Shown in pieces: positions 9,958 through 21,862 of a stretch of 32,000 bases of DNA; position 1 is the stretch's first letter, and each line of letters begins with the position of its first letter. The position numbers and the translations under genes were made by a program. Under the pieces are notes generated by a model. That model searched no databases. It had not been told where the DNA came from and saw nothing but the letters and a program-made list of their open reading frames with translations. Source of the DNA: Zygophlyctis sp. KS116. Its lineage: Eukaryota; Fungi; Chytridiomycota. Location of the stretch: NCBI GenBank assembly GCA_054661495.1, contig BAAFSQ010000101.1:1-32000 (forward strand), given 5' to 3'.

Positions 9958-10972
9958 ATGGAACAATTCATGGAAATGACGGGTACTAAAGACCAGGGAC
10001 TAGCAGAATTTTATATTTCTTCGGCAGATGGAGATGTAAATAAAGCCGTAAACATATATTTTGAGTCGGTAAAAGGATCTTCTAAAATTGCTACACTCTC
10101 TGGAAATTCAAAAATTCAAAATCCAAATACATTCTTTGCCGGAGGAGATAAATCTGGTGTTTTACTTGAAGGGAATCCAGATAAGCCAAAACAAGATCTT
10201 GTAAAGGAAATAGTAAATTTGGCGTCGCAATCTAAATCTTTTGATGATGAATCGTCTACAGAATCTAGTTCACAATTTAAAGGAACTGGATTCAAGTTGG
10301 GAGCTTCATCGTCAAATCAAGAGTCTAAAAATGAAATTGTTGAAAAACAAGATGAAATTGTAAAATTTAAATCTTTAATATTAGGCTTCTAGAACTCTAA
10401 CATTTTGGAAAAATGGATTTTCTATAGATGATGGGCCTTTAAGAGATTTTAATGATGCAGAAAATGAAGCGTTTTTAAATTCTATAAAAAATGGAATGGC
10501 GCCATTACAATATCTGAATTTGAAACCTGGGCAAAAAGTGGAATTGAAAATCGCACATAGATCTGATCAAGACTTTGAACCTCCTCCAAAAGCTCCAATG
10601 AAGGCATTTAGTGGTACAGGTCAACGGCTAGGTTCTATTGTTCCAGGAGCACCTCTAAATGCCACTACTAGCCTTGGTGCTTCTAGTCCAGAAAAGTCTC
10701 AAAATATTAAATTTCAAGTAAATCAAGATGAACCGATAACTACTGTTCAAATTAGACTAGGAGATGGGACAAGATTGGTATTGAAATGTAATCATTCACA
10801 TACGATAAGACATGTACGGGATTTTATAATTGCCTCAAGACCTGGAGAATCAGCTAGATTGTGGATTTTACAAACAGTACATCCAGTTGTGGTTTTAGGA
10901 AATCTTGATCAAACGATTAAAGAAGCTGGATTACTAAATTCAGTGATTATTCAAAAATATATCAACGTTTAA
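9958..10972 (+). CDS. SHP1: p47/Shp1 UBA-SEP-UBX Cdc48 cofactor
   Basis: FFAGGDKSG, SEP TLTFWKNGFSIDDGPLR, SHP box FSGTGQRLG, UBX TTVQIRLGDGTRL; intron 10360-10384. Confidence 0.92.
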
Positions 10973-11720
10973 CCCAAGCAATCTTCTTTCTTGCTTTAGG
11001 CTGACCAGTCTTTTTCCTTTCCACTTGACGGGTATCTGGCTTTAAAAGTCCAGACTCTTTTAAAATAGATTCTAAATTTGGTTCATGAAGTATTAGACCT
11101 CTAGCAATTCCTAATCCAACAGCACCTGCTTGACTAGACTTTCCTCCTCCATTTACTATAGCCCAAATATTAAATTTCCCCCATACATCTACTGTATCCA
11201 ATGCCTTTACAGTCTGAACTCTTTCTGAATCATTTTGAAAATAGTCTGATAAATGCTCTCCATTGACCATAATTTCCCCTTTTCCTGGAATCAAATACAC
11301 CTGTGCTTTTGAAGTTTTTCTAGAAGCTAGAGAGACTGATCTACCATATTCATCTAATTTTGGATATTCTACGACTGGTCTCTTAAAAAAAGAGTCTGGT
11401 TTCATGTATTTTTCTAAAAAAGTCTGTAATTCTTCTCCTTCATGTTCAGAAAACAAGTGTTTTCTAGAATAAACAAGATCTAATTTTCCCCTTAATTCTA
11501 AATATTCCCTTTCAGATGTTTTTATCGATAGTCTATCCAAGAATTCTCGGTCATTCATCCATCTAACCTTGGGTTTCTCTATTGGAGCAGTTATAGGTTC
11601 AATATCCTGAATTTTCTCGATATACCGATTCAATGTCAACAATGCATCAAAATAGTATGGATTCCCAGTAAAATATGCAGGATGGGACTGTAAATGGGAG
11701 ATTGTGGAGAGTTTTCTCAT
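10962..11720 (-). CDS. MRPS9: Mitochondrial ribosomal protein S9 (uS9m)
   Basis: PAYFTGNP, RKTSKAQV, GGGKSSQAGAV, DTRQVERKKTGQPKARKKIAWVKR. Confidence 0.92.
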   Translation of the reverse strand: MRKLSTISHLQSHPAYFTGNPYYFDALLTLNRYIEKIQDIEPITAPIEKPKVRWMNDREFLDRLSIKTSEREYLELRGKLDLVYSRKHLFSEHEGEELQTFLEKYMKPDSFFKRPVVEYPKLDEYGRSVSLASRKTSKAQVYLIPGKGEIMVNGEHLSDYFQNDSERVQTVKALDTVDVWGKFNIWAIVNGGGKSSQAGAVGLGIARGLILHEPNLESILKESGLLKPDTRQVERKKTGQPKARKKIAWVKR

Positions 11721-11740
11721 TTTCTTGAGGGTTTAATTCG

Positions 11741-11773
11741 AATAAAATCTAATAAAATCTAATAAAATCTAAT
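11741..11773. repeat. 10-bp tandem repeat (AATAAAATCT)x3.3 in the MRPS9/FMP32 divergent promoter
   Basis: Exact copies at 11741, 11751 and 11761, plus AAT. Confidence 0.85.
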
Positions 11774-11828
11774 ATTAAAGCAGAAATTAAACCATAAATT
11801 ATAGCATAAATTAAACCGTAAAACATTT

Positions 11829-12498
11829 ATGATTCGTCACTTTTCCACCTTTGACACTTATAGAATTGTACGATCACTGGAAAGATCTGGCCTTTCTCGT
11901 CGTAAATCAGTAGCAATTATGCTTGTTATGGACAATATTCTAAAATCTCACATTGAAAATATCTCAAATTCTACTTTACAAAGATCTGAATTAGAAAATC
12001 AGAATTATTCTTACAAGGCTTCTCTATCTAAACAGAGAGATGAATTATCTTCTCTTAGACTAAAAGAGTCTGCAACTTTAAAATCTGAGAATGAATCTCT
12101 TGTAAAAGAATTGGAAAGATTAAATTCAAAATTTAATGAATTAAACTCTTCACTAAAATCAGAAATCAATTTAGACTTGAATAATCATAAATCAGAAAAT
12201 AGGGAAATTGGAACAGAAATTCATCTTGAAACTTCTCAAGTGATTCATAAATTACTAGTAAAGGTATCAGTCTTGAAAATGAATATGGAAACAGTAAAGG
12301 TGAATCTTACTAGAGATATTGTATGTAAGTGTTTTTTTATTAAAATTAAAATGATATAATTCTGATTTAATATTAGAATTATATCATTTTATATAAATTT
12401 CTGACGTTTTAGGGAATTGTTTTGGATTTTTAATTGGAATCTTGACTCTAGATTTTTTTATTCCAAAAACTGTTAATAAAAATGACACAATTGATTAG
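11829..12498 (+). CDS. CCDC90/MCUR1/Fmp32 family (DUF1640) mitochondrial coiled-coil protein
   Basis: FDTYRIVRSLERSG, INLDLNNHK coiled coil. An 88-nt intron 12325-12412 yields the C-terminal TM segment DIV|WNCFGFLIGILTLDFF, with stop at 12496-12498. Confidence 0.8.
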
Positions 12499-14614
12499 AG
12501 ACTTGAATGTAGAGTCTTTAAAAGTATTATCAGAGATTTATGAGACTCAAGATTCTTTTAAATCTAGAAATTTAACTCTAGAAATTCAAAATAAGATGAA
12601 TAAATTAAGTCAACGGATTAATAGAGGGAATTCTCAAGTTAAAATGGTAATTTATTTTTTACAATTTTTTAGAGTTGTGATTCTATTGATCAAGATTTAA
12701 ATATTTTTCAAGATACATTTAATAAAGTATCAGAGAAATTGGACAATTCAAGGTCAAGTACAGAAACAGTTTTAGGAATTTCGCGTCAATTAAAGTCAAA
12801 GAGGTTTATATTAAATAATTTACTATTAGGGATGCATGCACGCAGGAATTGGAAATGATTTCAATGTTTGTACAGTCATTTACACTCTCAAAAGATGAAA
12901 TTGATACTCTAACGAAAAATCCAAAAATGGATTCAGACTTTTTTAAGATTTTAGAGAAATTAAGTAGAGTCAATCAGAATACAAGGACATATTTAATGGA
13001 TGTTAATCCAGAACTAGGGTATTTTAAAGTTTTTTTAAAATTGAAAAAGGCAAGAATGTTTGGATATATTGTCTCCAGTTCATGATTTTGCTTTTAGCAA
13101 GGTTTATTCTTGGACTCAATCTCAAATTCTTTCTGTTCGTGTAGATTCCCCAGAAATTCCCAAAGGTTTAGTTGAAGGTGTTAGGGCTTTAAGATCTAGA
13201 CCGGTTCTTTTTCAGTATGTAAAAGATGATTAAACTTAGATCAATTTTAGATGAAATTGTGAGTCTGCGTAAGAATGTTGTACAAAGAGCATTTATAGAG
13301 GCTCTGACTCAAGGTGGGCCTGGTGGGGTTCCAAGGCCTATAGATATGTATGCACATGATCCTTTACGTTATATTGGAGATATATTGGCTTGGGTGCATC
13401 AGTCGAGTGCTAGTGAGAAAGAAATGATTGAATCACTTTTTGGGAATAGTACTTTGAATGTGGATAGTGAAGAAATATTTAAAGATTTACCAGATTTTGA
13501 TTTAGATACGGTGTCGGTGTCAAGTTTGTTACAGAGACATTTTGAAGGGATTTGTAGGCCATTGAAGACGCGAATTGATCATTTATTAGAATCTCAATCT
13601 AGTCCAATCTTATTATACCGTATGGCAAATTTGATTCAATTTTATGGGCAGACAATCTCTAAAATTTCTGGGGATAAGGCTCCGATTTCTATACAAATTG
13701 AAGAGTAACAATCACATAATTTTAATAATAGGCTCGCGAATATTGCGTTTAAAGTCTTCTTTGATAGATTAAATACTCAAGCGTCTCAACTGGTGAGCGT
13801 TTCGGATGTATTTTTTTAAAGTTAATTTTTAGGTTCCTTCTGGTGATTTACTACCGCTAGCTGCCCATCAAGCCTCTCTTGAACAATTGGTAAAATCTTA
13901 TTTGGCTAATTTTTAGAAAGATATTCTTCTCTCTCATGAAACTTCACTTTCTTTGACTAGCCAACCTGTTCTGGATAGTTCAAAGATTGTTGTAGCAGTC
14001 TTGGATCCCTTGAAGCAGTCTTTTAACATTATTTCGGAAAAATTGAAAAATCCACTAGAAAAATCAATATTTCTAGTCAACTGCTATAATCTTATTTTGG
14101 TAATTTATTTCTTTGCTTATTTAAAAGACTACAATGAGTATGTTTTCATTTACTATTGGGCATACCGATGACATGCAGGCATTATTGGACTTGCAAACAG
14201 AAACTTTGGTAGAAGAACAGGTTTTATCATTTAAACTAAATGTAGTATACAAATATTTTAAAACAATCTGGATTGGCTGCGCTATTACAGAGTGTTGAGA
14301 AAAACAAGAAATCAAATGTATTATTTTTTCGATTGAAAATTTAGATACCTCTAGCTCAAGATGAAAAAACTAATCGTACCATGGTAATTCGATCAATGTC
14401 TTTTTTAGATAATTTTTTATCATCAATTAGCTCGGATATTAGTCTGCAACTTTCTCGAATAACTTCTGCTAAATTACTAAAGACAGTCATGAAGCGTGGA
14501 TTTGTTAGATTTTTGGAAGTTTACAAGAGATTGTCACTGGATTTAACAGAAGAGTATGGTGATTCTATAGAACTTAGGACTCCCCAAGAGGTTGAGACGC
14601 TCTTGTCACTCTAG
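12482..14614 (+). CDS. COG6: Conserved oligomeric Golgi complex subunit 6
   Basis: ALTQGGPGGVPRPIDMYAHDPLRYIGDILAWVHQ, LRTPQEVETLL. Ten introns of 25-31 nt (12647-12672, 12804-12829, 13019-13049, 13215-13239, 13705-13731, 13808-13832, 13890-13916, 14100-14127, 14221-14245, 14318-14344). Confidence 0.92.
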
Positions 14615-14649
14615 GATCAAGTTTAGGCGAGTTAAAATCTGCTTGTGAT

Positions 14650-15876
14650 ATGAGAAACAAAACTAGTAAAGAGAGCAAGATTGAATGCAGATTTGATCCA
14701 CCACTTTGGATCCAAAGGCGAGCATTTGTTGCCAAGTTTCTTGTAGAAAATGCAGTTGAATCGGTCTTTGATTTTGGTTGTGGCGATGGATCTCTAATTC
14801 AAGTTTTAATAAATAATTGTAAGTTCCTTAAATTGGGTGGAGTTGACATAAATGCTGAAGAAATTCAACTTGCGATTGAAAATTGTTCCCCGACAGAACA
14901 AGACTTTAAGGAAAAAAGAGAATTGCCTTTAGATCTCAAGTTCTTTATGGGATCAATTGATTTACCAGACCATCAATGCAAAGATTGTGATGCGATCACA
15001 ATGATTGAAGTGTAATCATTTTCTATGATAGAATAGGATTGAACATTTACCAGCAGATGTTTTGGATCGGTTTCCAAAGCTACTTTTCGGTATTTATAAA
15101 CCAAAATTTGTTATAATTTCAACTCCAAACTCAGAATTCAATATAAACTTTCCAAATCTAAACTATGGAACGCCAAAATCTACCTATAGACATTGGGATC
15201 ATCAATTTGAGTGGACTAGACAGGAATTTCAAGATTGGTAATATTGTCTTTAAAGTTTACATTTAGGTCCTCAAAAGTCGCTCAGTCATATGAATATGAT
15301 GTATCGTTCCATAATGTGGGCTATTTTGTTAATAAGAATGGATCTGATGTTGGGGGCTGTACACAGGTAGCAATCTTTAAGCGATTAGTTGCAAACGATA
15401 AATCGGAAAGTGAAGAATTAGCAAATAGCTCTTATAAACTCATGTCTAGTATTGATTATCCATATTTTGAAGAATCTAATTTTACCGAAACGGATATTTT
15501 GGATGCAATTGTTGAACATGCAAAGGCAATATTCAAAAAAGAAATTCAATGGAGGCCAGAAATCTCTGCTGATTCTTTTAAGATTACTCTGAATGAGATT
15601 TGGAATATCTTGCGAGTTCGCCAAATGTGTAAAAGATTTGAAAATTTGGAGAGAATAGTTTCTAGTGACTCTGGTCTCAAGCTTTTTAATCGTATATCTG
15701 ATAATATGCTGGAGTGTCTCTTCGAGATTCCATCAGTAGCTGTAAAATTACCACATCACAATCATGCAAAGGATCTACTTCCATTTGAGGAATTGTGTAT
15801 TAACAAGTCGGAAGAGGGATCGTTTGACGGATGGGGGCAAGCCAAAAGTGACTTGATAGTCAAAAGCGGTTGGTAG
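14650..15876 (+). CDS. HEN1: Small RNA 2'-O-methyltransferase HEN1/HENMT1
   Basis: FDPPLWIQRR, DFGCGDG, IEV|IEHL, ISTPNSEFN, YRHWDHQFEWTRQEFQDW; introns 15012-15036 and 15238-15266. Confidence 0.92.
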
Positions 15877-15923
15877 ATCATGCATAATTGTCGCAAAAAT
15901 ATATCTATAGTATTCCTAATTAT

Positions 15924-18401
15924 TTATTCACGAGCAGAACTCTTCTTCTTCTTTTTGGTTACTACAGTAAAGCTGGATTCATCTTTTCCAATGCTAGAAT
16001 TTGATGTTTTCTCTTCCAATAGACGGCGGCGGATATATTCCTCTCCAAACTTTCGTGTATCAATAGAAGGGATTCCCCCAAGAGTATCATCACAAATATT
16101 GGTGATAAAAGTTTGGTCATTCACAGATATAGATTGCAAGATCGAGAAAAAATCATTAACTATACTCTGAATCATATAAAAACATACCGTTAACACCAGA
16201 GCTGGGAGGAATAGATTTTAAGGCAGAATAAAACCAATTAGTGAATGCAGGTGAAGCTTGGATCTTTGGTTTAGGAGCAGTTTTCACAGGAGCAAAGGCA
16301 GCAGACGGCTTGGCAGGTAATACTATACCATGTTGTGGAGAAGCATTTGCAGTGGGTGAAGTTAAGAGAGGCGCAGCTGGTCTTTCAAGTTAGTTTATTC
16401 CGTATTCTTACCTTGATTCAGCCACAGGATGAACAACTTGACCACCTTTTCCAACAGTTTGCCATCCTGAAGAAATCACTTCTCTTGATGCAACAACATT
16501 CTTAATTTGATTTGAGGTTGGCCCGGTGTGAGGGCGAGGTGCTTTTATAAGGTTTCCAGCAGCTGGAGCATTGACCAGATCTGCATAACGCTTGGCTCCT
16601 CCAATCACTACATTGGGCTTCCCTTGAAAATCAATATTTTTTTTTTGTATATTCTCTTCTACCATAATTTCTGAAAATTTAAGAGCTGCAGGTTTTGAAA
16701 CGTTTGATCCCCAAACATGACCTTCAGGTTTCGAAATATTGGCATTTTGAGCCTCAGCTTTCATGATCGCAGAAGCTTGGGCCAGAACGTGCTCATCCGC
16801 TTTTTTCTGACGTTCTTGTTCTATTTGGAGTCGACGTATTTCTTCCTTATCCTGTATATCTTTCATCTTCATCTTTTCCGAAGGTCCCTGGCCTGAAGGC
16901 ATTCCTCCAGCTTTTGCCCAAGGTGCCATAGTTGTACTAGCCTTTATAGGCGAGACTTCCTCTGATTTGATTGGTTTTTCACTTCTTTTTTTATCTGCAG
17001 TAACTGGTGAAAGTGGTTTTGGTTTTGGGGGCAGAGCCATGGGGTCCGCAACAGCCTTACTATTCTTGGTAGAAGGCGCAGGGTGAGATACAGGCGATAC
17101 TTGTAATGCTTCCATCTTTTCCTCCAAGGGTAAAGATTGATTTTTTGCATAAACATCTACCTCTGGTCTAGATCCAATCGTAGAAGCTAACATTGATTCG
17201 GGTGCAATTGGTCTCTGGGGAGGGGCCACGGCACTTACCACAGGATTATTATGCCTGCTATCTTCCCATGTTGGCCTTACAGCGCTCAATGAAGGTATTC
17301 CCCATGATGTACCAGTATGATCAGGTTTGATAACATTGGAGACTGTAGAATTATTATTCCCAGTTTGTCCCATACCAAAACGAGCCTGATCTTGTTGCTG
17401 AGAACTTAAAACCATTGCAGCAACCCTTCGCTCATATATTAACCTCGACATTGTATGAGATTCCTCCAATTCAGCTAAAAAGGGAACTTTAGATCCAAAT
17501 CTTGAAATAAGAGCAGCAATTGAAATAAACCCAGGGTCTTCAACATGCTTGATAGGTAAATCTGGTGGAAAGAATCCTTCAGAGTACCAATCTTGCATTT
17601 GCTGCGAACTAAAAGGTCCTATTATTCAATGTTAATTCAGCCTACCTTGCAAAATGCCTGATGGATCTCTATACATCCACGACTGTGGAGTGAAAGTAAA
17701 TGGTGGAATTCTAGGCAATAGCGGAGCACCTCTAGAATACATATCTGTTCTAGGATCATGTAAGCCCAATGGTACTTCTTGAGTATTTTTCTGATTTGAT
17801 AATTCAATCTGACCAATTCTTTGTTTAGGCTCTACTAAATCTTGAGGACTATTATTATGAAAAGCTTTTGTAGAAAAAGAATTTTGCACCGAATGATTAT
17901 CCAAAATCTCACGATGATTCTTTTCAACCTCTTTTTCCAGTTTTCCACCATCAGATAATTTTTTCGAGGCGTCCTGAAAAACACCATCTGAACCGAAACC
18001 TCCAATCCCCATTGGCATATCCCATAAATCTTGGGCTGATCCATTCGGAGACAGGATTTCTTCTTCGGGAAATGATTTAACTTCTAAATAATCATTAAGT
18101 AATATTTACCTTTACGATTCGCTGGTTTTCTATTCTTATCATGATGCTGCCTCTGCTTAGTATCTGCATTAATATTTGCAGATGCGATCAACTTTTTCTC
18201 AACTTCTGACAATGGAAGATTAGCCATCGGCACTAGTGTTTCAACTGAACAAACAAATGGAACTTCTTGCAATGCCAAAGGGATTGGCAAGGGCGTTGAA
18301 AAGTAGGATAGTAATACTTCTTTAGAGTAGGAATATTGGGACTTTTCTGGAGCTTTTGCAGGCTGACCAGTCGTCTGAGCCCAAGTCAATTTCGATTCCA
18401 T
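15924..18401 (-). CDS. GYF-domain protein (Smy2/GIGYF-like)
   Basis: YSYSKEVLL N-terminal motif; GYF domain WMYRDPSGILQ|GPFSSQQMQDWYSEGFFPPDL; C-terminal FGEEYIRRR...FTVVTKKKKK. Introns 18084-18109, 17619-17645, 16382-16411, 16160-16187. Confidence 0.85.
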
Positions 18402-18422
18402 TTTTTTTAGTAAACCTACACA

Positions 18423-19722
18423 CTAAAACACGCTGGCAAACTTGGCCTTGATTTCCTTTAGAGACTCTTCTTGTTCTTTTAAATTTTGTGGTACAATGTC
18501 ATAAACATCAGTAAACATTAGAGAAAAGTGAGGTTTCTCTACCTTTTCAGCTTCCATAAATGCTTTAAGAACATCTGATCTTGTCCGAGACTTAAATTCC
18601 TTGTCCAGAGTTGCATTCCACCAGCCCTTTGATTCCAAATATTTATAAAAACGAGACATTGCAGTATCCTTTGTATAATTTGAGACTTCAGATTTAGATC
18701 TATATGCTGATGAATCATCAGAAGTGGAATGGTGACTCACTCTAATCATTTTTTAGGATAAAAATTTACCGATAAGTTAAAGCTTCAATTAGAATCGGAC
18801 GTGGACCTTTTAATGCTCTTTTTCTAGCCTCTAGAGTTGCATTATAGATGGCCTTGGTATTCATTTACAAAAATACTTACTAAAACATCATTTCCATCAA
18901 CTCTAATAGTTTCAATTCCATACCCAGATCCACGAGAAGCAATACCATCACCCCTATACTGTTCTTTAGCAGGTGTAGATATAGCATAACCATTATTTCT
19001 ACAAAAGAAAATAACAGGTGCTTCTGTAGTCGCAGAAAAATTTAAAGCTAAAATTAAAGGTTAAAATTACCTGCATGGAAATCACCTTCACTAGCTGCAC
19101 CATCTCCAAAAAAGCAAATTACAACTGCATCCGCTCCCTCTCTTTTCAGCGCATATGCAGACCCTGCAGCATGAGGCAATTGTGTTCCCAATGGAGAGGA
19201 AATTGTCTGAAAATTGAGTTTTTTTGAGCCATAATGAACAGGCATTTGTCTTCCTTTTCCCAAATCCTTGGAATTTGAATATACCTGATTCATAAATTGT
19301 TCAAGCGTAAATCCCCTATATAGCAAAACACCAGCTTCTCTATATTGACCATATACAACATCTTGCATTTTTAATGCTGCCGCAGTCCCCATATGCGTGG
19401 CTTCTTCTCCATAGCTGGTCATATAGAAAGAAATACGTCCTTGACGTTGGGCATCGTACAATATACTATCCATGGCATTCAGAGTAAGCATACTTTCATA
19501 CATTTTTAACGCTGTTTCTTTTGTCCAGTCTGGTTCTTCTTTTGAATTTAGCAATGATCCGGTGGAATCTAAAACTCGATACGTTGGCATAATTGAATCG
19601 TTTTTCGTAAACTGCAACTTTGTTGTATATTTCCCTCCGGAAGCTCCTGGAAAATGGACTTTATCAGCATGAAGAAGGATGCGAGAATTAGAAAACTGTC
19701 TTAACAGCGGACGAATCATCAT
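18423..19722 (-). CDS. BCKDHA: Branched-chain 2-oxoacid dehydrogenase E1 alpha
   Basis: [19 protein letters not shown] motif [14 protein letters not shown]|[10 protein letters not shown]; introns 19048-19070 (23 nt), 18853-18880, 18742-18769. Confidence 0.95.
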
Positions 19723-19763
19723 TTTTACAAGTCAAAAAAATTTGCAAGTTTTGGCGTTCAAGA

Positions 19764-21472
<1,709 letters not shown>

Positions 21473-21568
21473 TAAATTCGATGATTGCGTTGCCGACAAA
21501 AACTCAAAGTTTAAAATCCAGAAAAATCCGGTTTCCGAATTCCGGAACCAAAAAAATCTAAAATTGTT

Positions 21569-21826
21569 TTATTCCTGCTTCTTCTCCACGTCATCACCTT
21601 CCATGAATGCTAGTAATATGTAACAGAATAATACAATATTTGCTGAAACTGCTGCAGAGATTCCAGAAATTGTAGAGGAATAAGATAAAATGTAGTACAA
21701 GAGATAGTATGTTCCCAGAGGGGCAATTACCATTAGTAGACTGAAAACTAGGAGTTTTATAATGACTGATCTAGGAACTTGGGCCCGATCTACAGCTTCA
21801 GAACTTTGTTCATTGGAATTTCCCAT
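21569..21826 (-). CDS. VMA21: V-ATPase assembly factor VMA21
   Basis: VIIKLLVFSLLMVIAPLGTYY, two TM helices, C-terminal KKQE dilysine motif. Confidence 0.88.
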   Translation of the reverse strand: MGNSNEQSSEAVDRAQVPRSVIIKLLVFSLLMVIAPLGTYYLLYYILSYSSTISGISAAVSANIVLFCYILLAFMEGDDVEKKQE

Positions 21827-21862
21827 TTTTAAAAAGTGTTAGGCGGTTCAAATAAAAATATT

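Noticed and set aside
12351-12404. Intronic C/D box snoRNA (ATGATAT...CTGA)
   Set aside because: Box C deviates from RTGATGA and is buried in the perfect stem, the final CTGA doubles as the branch site, and there is no recognisable guide sequence.
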